This document shows, in pieces, positions 38,573-49,186 of a stretch of DNA of 64,000 bases. The stretch covers positions 1,120,001 through 1,184,000 of the forward strand of contig CBDDCK010000005.1 of NCBI GenBank assembly GCA_965225855.1, written 5' to 3'. The stretch is from Spirochaetia bacterium. Its GTDB lineage: Bacteria > Spirochaetota > Spirochaetia > SP-2023. The notes under the pieces were generated by a model, which saw only the letters and a program-made list of their open reading frames with translations, ran no database searches and was not told the origin of the DNA. The position numbers and the translations under genes were made by a program. Position 1 is the stretch's first letter. Every line of letters begins with the position of its first letter.

Positions 38573-40564
38573 CTAACAAATAGAAAATGGTATGTGCAGT
38601 TCTTCCCCTTGTTTTTCTGCTGTTTTTTTTTGCAATTGCTGGGCTATCTTGCGCAATTCAGCTAACTTACTATTTAAGCTTTGGATTTCCCTAAGTAATT
38701 CAAACTGTAGTGTTTCTTGCTGTTGTTGTTCCAAAACTTTAATTTGTTCTAAAGCTTTTTGCTTGCGTTGCTTGAGCCAAAACTCTTGCACGCCAAAGTA
38801 TTTTTGCTGCAAAATGGCCTGGCGATAAAAGTCCATATCATAAGCTTCCGAGTTATAGATATTTCCCCCTTGTAAAGGCTCTAACTTTTTTTGCAATAGC
38901 CATTGGCCTAAAGTCGGAACACGGCGGCTAGCGCGGTCGCATAGGTTTTCAAAATTGAAGTCTTGTTCTTGGTTAGCTTGATCGAGCAATTCTTTTAAAA
39001 CAATGGCATCTTCATTTTCCCAATGAAAGGCGGCTAACTGGCTTTGCCATTGGGGGTAGAGGTCAGCCTGCAATAGCAAACTAGCCCAAAACTCCCGCTC
39101 CACTAATTCTAATTCTGAAACAGTAGACGCATGACCAGACGAAGTAATAGGGACACTGCCATTGATAGTAGCTTGAGTTTTATCTATTTGCGCTGAGGCC
39201 GCCTTATCTTGTGCTATTGAAGCGGCTACCGCAGAGGATGTAGGGCGATACTGCCAACTAACTTCACTGGCTAGAGCTTCTTGCTTTAAACCAAATAACT
39301 TGGCTAGCTGGGCAATATAGAGCTCGCGGCGCAAACCTTTTTTAACTTGGCACATAAAAGGGCTTAGAAAACGCAAAGCCTCACTAACACCGTGTAACTC
39401 GTCTAAAGCAAAACGACTATCTAAATCTATGGCCAAAAAGTGAAAAAAATCTTGTGGTGTTTGGGCAAGGCTCTGTAAATCCCCAGCGCCTTCATGTTCA
39501 AGAATATCGCAAGGATCGCGCCCTGGAGCAAGTGCAATAATTTGGCTGTTAATTTCTTGCTGCTCTAGCAAAAATGCTGCTTTATAAATGGCCTTTTGCC
39601 CCGCCTCATCACCATCAAAAGCCAGTATCACTGTATCGCAGTAGCGTTTGATCAATTTGGCTTGTTCAAGTGTAACGGCTGTACCCAATGGCGCAGCAGC
39701 ATAGTTGAGCCCAGCTTGGTGCAGGGCAAGCACATCTAAATTGCCTTCACAAAGAATTAGGCTACGCTTTTGGCACAACACTTTTAAAGATTGATACAAA
39801 CCAAATAAAGATTCACTTTTGCGATAAATGGGTGATTCGCGGGAGTTGATATATTTAGGGCTATTGGAAGACTTATTTTTAGACTGATCTTGGGATTGTT
39901 GGCTCAATTTACGGCCACTAAAGGCAATAATTCTGCCATGTGCATCAAACACAGGGAAGATCAAACGCTGCCAAAACAAACATATTTCTGGTTTATTTTG
40001 GGAGAATAGGGCGCTTTCAGCTAACAGCTCGCTGCTGTAATTTTGGCGTTTGAGCCATTGGTACAAAGCTCTAGAATCACTTACCGCATAGCCTAGCTCA
40101 AATTGCTCTTGTATGGCGGGGCTAACCCCGCGTTGCTCTAAATAATTGCGGGCCATTTGCCCACGTTCACTGCGCAAATTTTGGCGGAAGCTTTTATGCA
40201 CTTGAGCATGCAATGCATATAATGCTTCACGTTTTTTGCGGCTTTGTGCTTGCAATTGGCTTTGTGCTTTTTGTGGCAAAGTAAAGCCCACCTGCTTAGC
40301 AAGTTTGCGCACCGCTTCGGGGAAGCTAAGTTGTTCTAATTGCATTAGTAAAGAGATGGCATTGCCTTTTTGTTGGCAGCCAAAACAATAATACGTCTTG
40401 CGTTCCAAATTTAAGGTGAATGAAGGCGTTTTTTCACTGTGGAAAGGGCAAATCCCCCACCAGCGCCCCCCACGATTCTCCAGCCCATCTACATAGCTGC
40501 GCGCTAAGTCAAGCATATCTAGCTGATCGAGAAGTTGGTCGAGAATATCTTGTGAATAGAGCAT
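38573..40564 (-). CDS. dnaG: DNA primase
   Basis: CPFHSEKTPSF..CFGC zinc finger, RLIFP, IAFSGR, PKYINSRESPIYRKS, EGNLDV, APLGTA, AFDGDEAG, DPCD. Confidence 0.97.
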   Translation of the reverse strand: MLYSQDILDQLLDQLDMLDLARSYVDGLENRGGRWWGICPFHSEKTPSFTLNLERKTYYCFGCQQKGNAISLLMQLEQLSFPEAVRKLAKQVGFTLPQKAQSQLQAQSRKKREALYALHAQVHKSFRQNLRSERGQMARNYLEQRGVSPAIQEQFELGYAVSDSRALYQWLKRQNYSSELLAESALFSQNKPEICLFWQRLIFPVFDAHGRIIAFSGRKLSQQSQDQSKNKSSNSPKYINSRESPIYRKSESLFGLYQSLKVLCQKRSLILCEGNLDVLALHQAGLNYAAAPLGTAVTLEQAKLIKRYCDTVILAFDGDEAGQKAIYKAAFLLEQQEINSQIIALAPGRDPCDILEHEGAGDLQSLAQTPQDFFHFLAIDLDSRFALDELHGVSEALRFLSPFMCQVKKGLRRELYIAQLAKLFGLKQEALASEVSWQYRPTSSAVAASIAQDKAASAQIDKTQATINGSVPITSSGHASTVSELELVEREFWASLLLQADLYPQWQSQLAAFHWENEDAIVLKELLDQANQEQDFNFENLCDRASRRVPTLGQWLLQKKLEPLQGGNIYNSEAYDMDFYRQAILQQKYFGVQEFWLKQRKQKALEQIKVLEQQQQETLQFELLREIQSLNSKLAELRKIAQQLQKKTAEKQGEELHIPFSIC

Positions 40565-40724
40565 GCCTCTATTAAAGAATATAGCAAAATCCCTGCAATA
40601 TTGTTTGCGCTATTTTTCTTTTTTCTTTCGATGTTGTAAGACTTAGGTGAGACAGTAGCAGCTTAGATGCAAAGGCAGCCGCTATCTATAGCAAAATTAT
40701 AAGAAACACTATAAAATCTAAGGT

Positions 40725-41543
40725 ATGACTTACATTGAAGAATTATTTAGCTTAAAAGGCCGAACTGCTATTATCAGCGGTGGTTATGGCCATTTAGGGC
40801 GTAGCATGTGTTGGGCTTTAGCAGCAGCGGGTGCCAAAGTTTATTGTGCGGGCCCAAGCCGAGAGCATTTTAGAGAAAGCTTTCCGTTTACCATTATGGA
40901 GGCCGTTGCAAGAGAAAATCCCGATTGGGCATTGGCCGATATTCGCTATTTGCCCTTTGATTTAGCTAGTGAACAAAGCCATGCTGAAGTACTACAGCAA
41001 GTACAAAATCAATCAGGCGGCTTGGATATTTTAGTCAATAGTGCCTTTTTCTTAAGCTCGAACGCAGATAAAGCGATTGCCCGAAATTTCAGCAAAGATA
41101 TGGACGGAATACTCAATAACACCGCTATTTTTAGCGAATTGGCACAAGATATGCTGCAGCGTTCTGACCAAGCTAGGATTGTCAATATCGCTTCAATGTA
41201 CGGTATGGTAGCTCCAAAACCAGAGCTGTATTGCGAATATCCAGAGCAACGCAGTAGGGCTAGCTATGGTGCGGCAAAAGCAGCCCTAATACAGCTCACC
41301 CGTTACTGGGCTTCATTTTGGGGAACCAGTCAATTTACGGTAAATGCTATATCGCCGGGGCCGTTCCCACGCACATACAATTGTGATGAGTTGTTTTTAA
41401 AGAAACTAAGTGATGGCACTATTGCTGGGCGCATCGGTCGTCCCGAAGATCTAGTGGGGGCTTTATTGCTACTTTGCAGTAGGGCTGGTAGCTATATCAC
41501 AGGACAAAATATCATTGTTGATGGTGGTTGGACGGTTCGTTAA
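40725..41543 (+). CDS. Short-chain dehydrogenase/reductase
   Basis: SGGYGHLG, LDILVNSA, IVNIASMYG, YGAAK, VNAISPG, YITGQNIIVDGGW. Confidence 0.93.
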   Translation: MTYIEELFSLKGRTAIISGGYGHLGRSMCWALAAAGAKVYCAGPSREHFRESFPFTIMEAVARENPDWALADIRYLPFDLASEQSHAEVLQQVQNQSGGLDILVNSAFFLSSNADKAIARNFSKDMDGILNNTAIFSELAQDMLQRSDQARIVNIASMYGMVAPKPELYCEYPEQRSRASYGAAKAALIQLTRYWASFWGTSQFTVNAISPGPFPRTYNCDELFLKKLSDGTIAGRIGRPEDLVGALLLLCSRAGSYITGQNIIVDGGWTVR

Positions 41544-41896
41544 CAGAGCAAATTCATATATTTTTATTGGCAATTACAACATAGTTTAGCACTACCCTAA
41601 TTTTTATTATTGTTACAGATTGAGGCTAGCACTATCGTTAGGTTGTATATAGTGCTAGTGTTAGGTTTGTACAAGTACTTGTGCAAGATTATCGCAATAG
41701 CTAAGTTGGGTTTGGGCTTTGGTAGTATGCGGATATTGCACTTACTGGATTCTATAGTAGATGAACTAATATACATTTTTACAATAATTTAGCATAAAAT
41801 AATTTGAAAAATAACTTGAAAAAATATTGCCCCAATCACTATAATGATGCTTAGTATCGAAAGTTAAAATTATGTTTGCTCGAATGGAGGAAGAAT

Positions 41897-42553
41897 ATGG
41901 TAAGCACAAACCCTAAGGTATTACCAATAACAGGTAAAGCCCTGCTGATAGCTCTATTGTCATTAGGCTTTTTGGCCCAAGGCTGCGCAAGTCATAGTGC
42001 AGAAGATTACTTTTACAAAGGTGTTAGTACCTATGAGGAAGGCAACTATAATTTAGCAGTAAAATACTTTAGCAAGTCGATAGCAATTGACCTGTATAAC
42101 GCTGGCAGTTTTTACAATAGAGGCTCTGTCTATGATGAATTAGGCCAATACAATAAAGCGATAGCAGACTTCAACCAAGCCATTGCACTCAAGCCAGATT
42201 ATGCTGAAGCCTTTAACAATAGAGGCTCTGTCTATGATGAATTAGGCCAATACAATAAAGCGATAGCAGACTTCAACCAAGCCATTGCACTCAAGCCGGA
42301 TTATGTTGAAGCCTTTAACAATAAAGGCATTGTCTATAAGGCATTAGGCCAATACGATAAAGCGATAGCAGACTTCAACCAAGCGATAGTGCTTGATATG
42401 GCTTATGCTGCAGCTTTTTACAATAGAGGCAATACTTATTTTGCTAAACAAGACTTTGAGCAGGCCTGTAGTGATGCAGCAGTGGCTAAGAGCTTGGGTA
42501 TTGAAGCTTTGTATGATTATCTGCTGGACGAAGGGCACTGCAAGGCCTATTGA
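41897..42553 (+). CDS. TPR repeat lipoprotein
   Basis: GGAGG RBS, lipobox LAQG-C, near-identical 34-aa TPR units. Confidence 0.9.
   Translation: MVSTNPKVLPITGKALLIALLSLGFLAQGCASHSAEDYFYKGVSTYEEGNYNLAVKYFSKSIAIDLYNAGSFYNRGSVYDELGQYNKAIADFNQAIALKPDYAEAFNNRGSVYDELGQYNKAIADFNQAIALKPDYVEAFNNKGIVYKALGQYDKAIADFNQAIVLDMAYAAAFYNRGNTYFAKQDFEQACSDAAVAKSLGIEALYDYLLDEGHCKAY
42114..42385 (+). repeat. 102-bp near-identical tandem repeat within the TPR gene (about 2.7 copies)
   Basis: ACAATAGAGGCTCTGTCTATGATGAATTAGGCC... at 42114 and 42216, with a diverged third copy at 42318. Confidence 0.9.
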
Positions 42554-42715
42554 TAGGCTTAAATTACCGCAGCAGCGAGATCAGACAATTTAACTATTTT
42601 GTGCATTCTCTATTACACGGTTTAATTAGGCTTTTCAATATGGTATAAAACTGCTAGAATGTTGTGCTTATTAATTAGTTTTGACAACTAAATAACAAGA
42701 CAAAGGATTGAAATT

Positions 42716-44581
42716 ATGATATATCCATTGCGCAGTATTCGTAGTACCCAAGGCCGCCTTATGGCAGGTGCACGCGCCTTATGGCGTGCCAACGGTATGA
42801 AAGAAGAACAGCTTGGCAAGCCAGTAATTGGGGTGGTCAATTCATTTACCCAGTTAGTACCGGGCCATGCCCACTTGCATGATGTTGGCCAAATGGTCAA
42901 AGGCTTAATTGAACAACAAGGCTGCTTTGCTGCCGAATTTAACACTATTGCCATTGATGACGGTATTGCCATGGGCCACGATGGCATGCTGTACTCCCTG
43001 CCGTCCCGCGAGTTAATTGCCGATTCGGTAGAATATATGGCCAATGCCCATTGTTTGGACTCCCTAATTTGCATTAGCAATTGCGATAAAATCACCCCCG
43101 GAATGATGCTGGCTACAATGCGGCTCAATATCCCCACGATTTTTGTATCCGGTGGGCCAATGGAAGCCGGTAAAATCCAAGATGACCAATTAGAAGGCGG
43201 CATCAAAAAATTAGACTTGGTTGATGCAATGGTGCAAGGGGCCAACTCGGCAATCTCGGAAGAAAAACTAACCGAAGTAGAACGCTCGGCTTGCCCTACA
43301 TGTGGCTCTTGCTCTGGCATGTTTACCGCCAATTCCATGAATTGTTTGGCCGAAGCTCTGGGCATGGCCTTACCGGGCAACGGTTCGGTACTGGCTACCC
43401 ATAGCCAGCGTTTGCGCCTGTTTGAGCGCGCGGCTGCACAAATTGTTCACTTAGCCTACGATTACTACCAAAACGGCAATGACCAAGTGTTACCGCATTC
43501 CATCGCCAATTACAAAGCGTTTCACAACGCTATGGCTTGTGATATAGCCATGGGGGGCTCTACCAATACCGTACTGCATTTACTGGCTATTGCCAAAACA
43601 GCTGGTGTCGATTTTACCATGAAGGATATGGATGCCCTTTCGCGCAGGGTGCCTACTTTATGCAAGGTTGCGCCCAGCTCCCAGTATCACATGGAAGATG
43701 TGCACCGTGCTGGAGGTGTTATGGGTATTTTAGCCGAGCTGAAGCGTCTGGACTTGCTGGAAGCTGGCTGTTATCATGTACTTGGTAAACCAATTTTTGA
43801 CGTCATTGACCAATACGATATTGCTGCCCCCCCGTTAAGTGCGCAGCCCAGTGCCGAAGTATTGCAATTTTACAAAACGGCACCCGGTGGCTATAGCAAC
43901 TTTAAAATGGGTAGCCAAAGTGCTTATTATAAAGAATTAGATATAGATCGAACCAGTGGCTGTATCCGCAATGGTGCGGGAGCCTATAGTCAAGAAGGTG
44001 GCTTAGCTGTATTGTTTGGCAATATTGCTGAGCGCGGTTGCGTTGTCAAAACCGCAGGAGTTGCCAAAGAAATTTGGAAGTTTCAGGGCAATGTATGCTG
44101 CTTTGACTCACAGGATTCGGCTTGTGATGCAATCCTTACGGGGAAAATCAACAAAGGCGATGTGGTTGTCATCCGTTACGAGGGGCCTAAAGGTGGGCCA
44201 GGCATGCAAGAAATGCTCTACCCAACTTCCTATTTGAAATCAGTTGGTATTGATAAAGACTGTGCTTTGCTAACCGATGGGCGTTTTTCGGGGGGAACAT
44301 CGGGGCTATCCATTGGCCATGTCTCGCCTGAAGCTGCTGATAGGGGTGCGATTGCGTTGTTACAAGATGGCGATAAAATTGCAATTGATATTCCCAACCG
44401 CAGCATTAATGTGCTTTGCTCTAGTGAAGAGCTTGCCACTCGCCGAAAGGCTGAACAAGCAAAAGCCAATGGATTTAAACCACCACAACGCCAACGCAAA
44501 GTTTCGGAAGCCCTGCGCATGTATAGTTATTTTGCCACCAGTGCTGACCAAGGCGCACTCCGCAATGTAGTAAAAATGTAA
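42716..44581 (+). CDS. ilvD: Dihydroxy-acid dehydratase
   Basis: [87 protein letters not shown]. Confidence 0.98.
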   Translation: MIYPLRSIRSTQGRLMAGARALWRANGMKEEQLGKPVIGVVNSFTQLVPGHAHLHDVGQMVKGLIEQQGCFAAEFNTIAIDDGIAMGHDGMLYSLPSRELIADSVEYMANAHCLDSLICISNCDKITPGMMLATMRLNIPTIFVSGGPMEAGKIQDDQLEGGIKKLDLVDAMVQGANSAISEEKLTEVERSACPTCGSCSGMFTANSMNCLAEALGMALPGNGSVLATHSQRLRLFERAAAQIVHLAYDYYQNGNDQVLPHSIANYKAFHNAMACDIAMGGSTNTVLHLLAIAKTAGVDFTMKDMDALSRRVPTLCKVAPSSQYHMEDVHRAGGVMGILAELKRLDLLEAGCYHVLGKPIFDVIDQYDIAAPPLSAQPSAEVLQFYKTAPGGYSNFKMGSQSAYYKELDIDRTSGCIRNGAGAYSQEGGLAVLFGNIAERGCVVKTAGVAKEIWKFQGNVCCFDSQDSACDAILTGKINKGDVVVIRYEGPKGGPGMQEMLYPTSYLKSVGIDKDCALLTDGRFSGGTSGLSIGHVSPEAADRGAIALLQDGDKIAIDIPNRSINVLCSSEELATRRKAEQAKANGFKPPQRQRKVSEALRMYSYFATSADQGALRNVVKM

Positions 44582-44592
44582 AGGGTATAATA

Positions 44593-45455
44593 GTGATCAA
44601 AGTCGTTTTTTATGCTTGTCTCAACAAGAGCATTTTACAAAATCATATTCCCAAAATAATGATGGTATTTTTGGCAACGTAAAATTTATTGATCCTAGCA
44701 CTGTCGATTTGATGAACCCTAATAATGGTATCGACTATATTGTAACCGACTGCGAATATGCACTTTCTGATTTTTCGGTTTTTCACCAAAGAGAAAAATT
44801 ATGGTTGCTTATTGGGGAACCATACCAATACCCAGTAAAACTATATTTTCACAATCGTGATGAATTTGGCAAAGTGATTTGATGCCTTGGCGATGCTATT
44901 CCTAATGGTGATTTTATGCCAATTAAAAATCGATCGTGGATGGACAATCAAATTTCTTTTAAAGTTTTACAGGAAATGCCATATCCAGAAAAAACACAAT
45001 CATTGTCATGGGTTACCAGTAGGAAAATATATTATAAGGGGCATGTTCAACGTTTACATCTAATTTATAAATTGCAAAAAGCTGGTATTTGTAATATGTA
45101 TGGTAACGGTTTTGAATTTGTTGAGAGTAAGATTAGTTGTTTAAAACCATACAAATATAGTATTGCTATGGAAAACACAATTGATCGGAATTATATTTCA
45201 GAAAAAATTATGGATTGTTATTTAGCGTATGCCATGCCATTTTATATCGGGTCGTCAGAGATTACTAAATACTTTCCAGAAAAATCTATGGTACCATTAA
45301 ATTTAGGTGATAAATTTTTGGTTGATAAAATCAAGGAAGTCAGTGAAAGTGATTTGTATAAAGAACGCCTCCCATACATTGAAGAAGCAAAGCAAATAGT
45401 GTTGGGTGATATTGAACATATTTTCTATACTGGCAAAGAAGATAGAGGCGCATAA
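44593..45455 (+). pseudogene. GT10 (alpha-1,3-fucosyltransferase-like) glycosyltransferase, disrupted
   Basis: YKYSIAMEN...YISEKIMDCYLAYAMPFYIG GT10 motif. An in-frame TGA at 44880 separates ORFs 44616 and 44916. A probable shift lies near 44650-44656, from GTG 44593. Confidence 0.75.
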
Positions 45456-45722
45456 TTCACTCTTTTTCCCCCCGAAAGTTAAGCAAACCTAAATTGCATA
45501 TTGAGGTAAAGAGGTAAAAGGGAAGAATAGTTCTCGTTTAAAGAGGATATTATATCATTGGTATCAAATATATTATGGCTTTTTGTTAAGGTAAGTAGAA
45601 ATACAAATTTTCGGAAGCCCTGCACATGTACTTTATAAGAAAAATACAATGACAGCCAAATTTTAGTTCTGGCAGGCCTAGCCATTGTGATAATGAAATT
45701 AGGCCAACAAGCGAAAGCACAT

Positions 45723-46949
45723 TTAAAATTTGAACAAACCGAGCTGTAATTTTTGCTGAAGAATACGCCGCAAAGAATGGTCAATGCGTTCTTTAGTTAT
45801 TTCACCTTGTTGCACTGCTGCTAGCACGCCTTCGATTGCCTGTACCGGTTTTGGGGGTATTAAAATCATGTCTCCACCCGCTTGTAAAAATTTTATGGCA
45901 GCCTCTGCTGAATCCCAGCGGTTTTTTATGGCTCGCATATCAAAAGAATCCGAAATCACGATGCCATTAAAACCTAAACCCTTCCTTAGCATATTTTTAA
46001 TGACTACTGTGTTCAAAGAAGCTGGAATATTATCCTTGGTAATTTGGGGTAGCTGAAAATGGCCGAGCATCACAAAATTAGCCCCAGCTTGCAAACCGTA
46101 ATCAAACGGTTTGGCATGGCCTTGGGATTTCCAGCTGGCCATATCTCCATAGTATATAGAAAACCCGCTGTGAGGGTCGCCCAAAGTATAGCCGTGGCCG
46201 GGAAAATGTTTGAGCACCGCAGCCACTTTTTGTTCTTGCATGCCTTCAACAAAAGCTTTGACCATGGCAGCGGCTTCTGTAGGTTCTGCACTAAAAGCTC
46301 TACTGGCAATGGGCCCATAATCAAATTTTTTTGTTGTCCTCCCTTTTGTTTTGCGTTTGGCAGGGGTAGGGAACAAATCGGCAACGGGCGCCATATTGAC
46401 TTGGAAGCCCAATTGAAAAAGTATCTTGCCAATTTTTTGGCCACTTTTGCGTGCTTGCTTTATAGCCTCTGCTGTATTTGCCGAACGCTGCGATAAGCTC
46501 AAAGCAGCAGGCAAGCCAGCATAATCCAGACCGGGCAATTTTTTCAACCGGCTGATGCTCCCACCTTCTTCATCAATTGCCAAAAACGGCACATTTTTTG
46601 CAGGATATTGTGAAAAGCCATTTTTTATATCTGTGAGCAATTTTTGTAGTTGTGCCGCATTTCGTAAATTACTACCAAATAAAATAATACCGCCTACAGG
46701 ATATTTTTTGAAAAATAGTTTTAAGTCTTGATTCCAGTAGATTACAGGCCGGCCCTTGTGTTTCCGAATATCCATAAATATCAACTGGGCAACTTTTTCT
46801 TGCAAGCTCATATCGCCGAGCATTTGCTCAATATACTGTTCAATGGTTTCTCCCGTCTGGAATGCAGGAAGTACCGGCATTGCCACTGGAAATAAAAATA
46901 CTATTAACAAAGCCAAAAAATAAGCCAATAATATGCATAATTTGTTCAC
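45723..46949 (-). CDS. nagZ: Glycoside hydrolase family 3 beta-N-acetylhexosaminidase-like protein
   Basis: GGIILFGSN, AIDEEGGSISRL, NMAPVADL, KHFPGHG...DPH, LGFNGIVISDSFDM.AI. Confidence 0.88.
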   Translation of the reverse strand: MNKLCILLAYFLALLIVFLFPVAMPVLPAFQTGETIEQYIEQMLGDMSLQEKVAQLIFMDIRKHKGRPVIYWNQDLKLFFKKYPVGGIILFGSNLRNAAQLQKLLTDIKNGFSQYPAKNVPFLAIDEEGGSISRLKKLPGLDYAGLPAALSLSQRSANTAEAIKQARKSGQKIGKILFQLGFQVNMAPVADLFPTPAKRKTKGRTTKKFDYGPIASRAFSAEPTEAAAMVKAFVEGMQEQKVAAVLKHFPGHGYTLGDPHSGFSIYYGDMASWKSQGHAKPFDYGLQAGANFVMLGHFQLPQITKDNIPASLNTVVIKNMLRKGLGFNGIVISDSFDMRAIKNRWDSAEAAIKFLQAGGDMILIPPKPVQAIEGVLAAVQQGEITKERIDHSLRRILQQKLQLGLFKF

Positions 46950-46970
46950 AAAATTATCCTAAATTTCATT

Positions 46971-48266
46971 CTATGTTTGAGTTTTTAAACTTTGAGTATA
47001 CTCATACCATGGTCGTGCTAAGTTTTGTTCTAACAGAAAATAATTGGTATTCATGATTGTTGTATCCCGCCTGAATTGGCGTTGACTGGGGGAGAATTGC
47101 AAATTACCACAAAAATTTTGTTGAGCATCTTCTTGTGGCGACTGAAGCTGCCAACAAAGCTCATCACCTGTAAGTACATATATAGGCCTATTAATTTCCA
47201 AAGCGACTTGCACTGCATGCATGCTACCGCTGCTTAAATCACTTTGAATTAAAAGCAACCTACGAGCTAAAGCTGCTTGCAAACGGTCTCGCTGGATAAA
47301 CCGCCACTTTAATGGAGCTGCGGGTGGAACATATTCGGATACTAAAGCCCCGCCTTCTGCAATAATTTTCTGTGCAAGATGTTTGTGCTGTTTGGGATAA
47401 ATTCTATCAAACCCGCCAGGTAGTACGGCCAAGGTTTGGCCACCCGCTTCTAAAGCGCCTCTGTGAGCAGCAAAATCACAGCCCCTAGCAAGGCCGCTAA
47501 TAATCCAATGGGCTTGCTTACTTGGCAGTAACTCCTTAATTTTTGCTCCTTGCATTTCTACGCATTGCTTTTGCAATAACAAAGCTTCTTGCCAAGCTTG
47601 CTGCAGTCCCCAACTATCGGCCCGGCGACTACCAATAATTGTTGTAGCCTCAACACCCGTTTCGGCACCAGTTTTAGAAAGCAATTGCCCCTGCCAAAAC
47701 AACAAACGTGGTGGCTGGCGCAAATCCAACAGAGTATTGGGGTATTCGCTTTGATATTGTAAAATAATGCGCAATTCGCCACGTAATTCACGCTCTAAAG
47801 TAATTTTAGCATTGCGGTAGCAAGAATCAAAATAACTATATTTGACATAGCTACTCAAACCAAAATCTTTGAGCAATTGCCAACAACTCTCTAGGCTGTA
47901 TTGCGCTTGAGCCGCACAGCTCTCGAGCCATTGCCACCGCCATTCTTCTCTGTTGTTTATCACAGGTTCAGAAAAATTTTGGCAAGCGCGTGTTTCTTGC
48001 CAAAATTTTTCTAAGGGTTCCAATTCAGTTTCTTTTGCTCGTTCTTTTTGATTGGATTTACGTGATGAATTGGTAATTTTATATTTTTTGGGCAACAAAA
48101 TATCTGCTAAAGCCTGTTGCAATTTTCGGGGCATTTGGTGGAGCAAAACTTCTAAAAATTTGCTGCTGGTTGAATATGGATATGATGGCTGTTCAGCTCT
48201 ACTTATGGCAGATACAAATAAATCCACACGGCTTCCTCTTAAAAAATAATTTAGTAAAAATACCAA
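46971..48266 (-). CDS. dprA: DNA-processing protein DprA/Smf (start uncertain)
   Basis: YPNTLLDL..PP.LLFWQG, IIGSR, IISGLARGCDFAAHRGAL, LVSEY, FIQRDRLQAAL, SGSM. Confidence 0.9.
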   Translation of the reverse strand: MVFLLNYFLRGSRVDLFVSAISRAEQPSYPYSTSSKFLEVLLHQMPRKLQQALADILLPKKYKITNSSRKSNQKERAKETELEPLEKFWQETRACQNFSEPVINNREEWRWQWLESCAAQAQYSLESCWQLLKDFGLSSYVKYSYFDSCYRNAKITLERELRGELRIILQYQSEYPNTLLDLRQPPRLLFWQGQLLSKTGAETGVEATTIIGSRRADSWGLQQAWQEALLLQKQCVEMQGAKIKELLPSKQAHWIISGLARGCDFAAHRGALEAGGQTLAVLPGGFDRIYPKQHKHLAQKIIAEGGALVSEYVPPAAPLKWRFIQRDRLQAALARRLLLIQSDLSSGSMHAVQVALEINRPIYVLTGDELCWQLQSPQEDAQQNFCGNLQFSPSQRQFRRDTTIMNTNYFLLEQNLARPWYEYTQSLKTQT

Positions 48267-49186
48267 AAAGTGAAGCTAGAAAGCAAAAACAAATAAATAG
48301 AAAAAATGTGAAAATTGCCTTTGGCAAGCAAAAACAGTAATAGGCGCAAAGCAATAAAACCACTGACACAAGCAGCAATAAATGCGAATAAAATACTATT
48401 CATAGCCAAAGCATTACTATTGGCAATCACTACTAATTCTTTGGCATCTAGCAGCAGGGCCCCGACAATAATGGGAATGGAAATAATAAAAGAAAATTCA
48501 CCGGCTTCATGGCTTTTGAACCCTAGTAACAAAGCTATGCTAATGGTCATTCCTGAACGGGAAACCCCTGGCGATGAGGCAATCCCTTGGGCTATACCTA
48601 AGCAAATCGCTAAGCTAATTGCTTTTTGCCAAGAAATGTTTTGTAAATAATCTGTATCTGCGTTGAGCTGCTTTATTGGCATAGACAGGCTATTTTTTGA
48701 TAACAGGTGCTGGATTTGTAGCAATACCCCAGTAAATAAAAATCCACTGGCAATAAGCAGTGGTTGGAATTTTAAATTTAAGTTTTTTTGTGGGTAAGCG
48801 ATGGCAAAAGTAAAAGCGGTTACCAATAATACCAAAGCTATGTAGCGCAAATTCGATCCAACCGGAGTATCCCAATCGACTAATTTTCTTTTAGTCTGTT
48901 GCGGCCGGTTTAAAATTTGATTTAAAATATGGTTTATGAGATAAGATAATAAATACAATACGCTATACACTAAAGAGCCAATTTTCTGGCGGAAAAGCCA
49001 AATTGTGGGAATCAAAGTAGCTAAATGTAAAAAAATATCCACACTAACGGGCATATACAAGCCAAAAGCCAATTCAGCAATAGCCAAATGGCCAGAACTA
49101 GAAACGGGTAAATATTCGGTAAAGCCTTGCAAAGCACCCAGTAGCAAAGCTTGCCACCAGTTCATAAAATTAGCTGTTGTATTCAT
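48251..49186 (-). CDS. uppP: Undecaprenyl-diphosphate phosphatase (BacA)
   Basis: LGALQGFTEYLPVSSSGHL, GIAQGIA..PGVSRSGMTI, AGEFSFIISIP. Confidence 0.95.
   Translation of the reverse strand: MNTTANFMNWWQALLLGALQGFTEYLPVSSSGHLAIAELAFGLYMPVSVDIFLHLATLIPTIWLFRQKIGSLVYSVLYLLSYLINHILNQILNRPQQTKRKLVDWDTPVGSNLRYIALVLLVTAFTFAIAYPQKNLNLKFQPLLIASGFLFTGVLLQIQHLLSKNSLSMPIKQLNADTDYLQNISWQKAISLAICLGIAQGIASSPGVSRSGMTISIALLLGFKSHEAGEFSFIISIPIIVGALLLDAKELVVIANSNALAMNSILFAFIAACVSGFIALRLLLFLLAKGNFHIFSIYLFLLSSFTFWYFY

Noticed and set aside
42688..43380. 230-aa antisense ORF and similar antisense ORFs over secA, fbaA, hppA and the ABC genes
   Set aside because: They overlap well-supported genes on the opposite strand and have no recognisable motifs.
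32626..44882. TGA recoding (Trp or Sec) to explain in-frame TGAs at 32626 and 44880
   Set aside because: TGA ends intact genes here (15244 on the minus strand, 30470), conserved Trp codons are TGG, and both genes carry other lesions.
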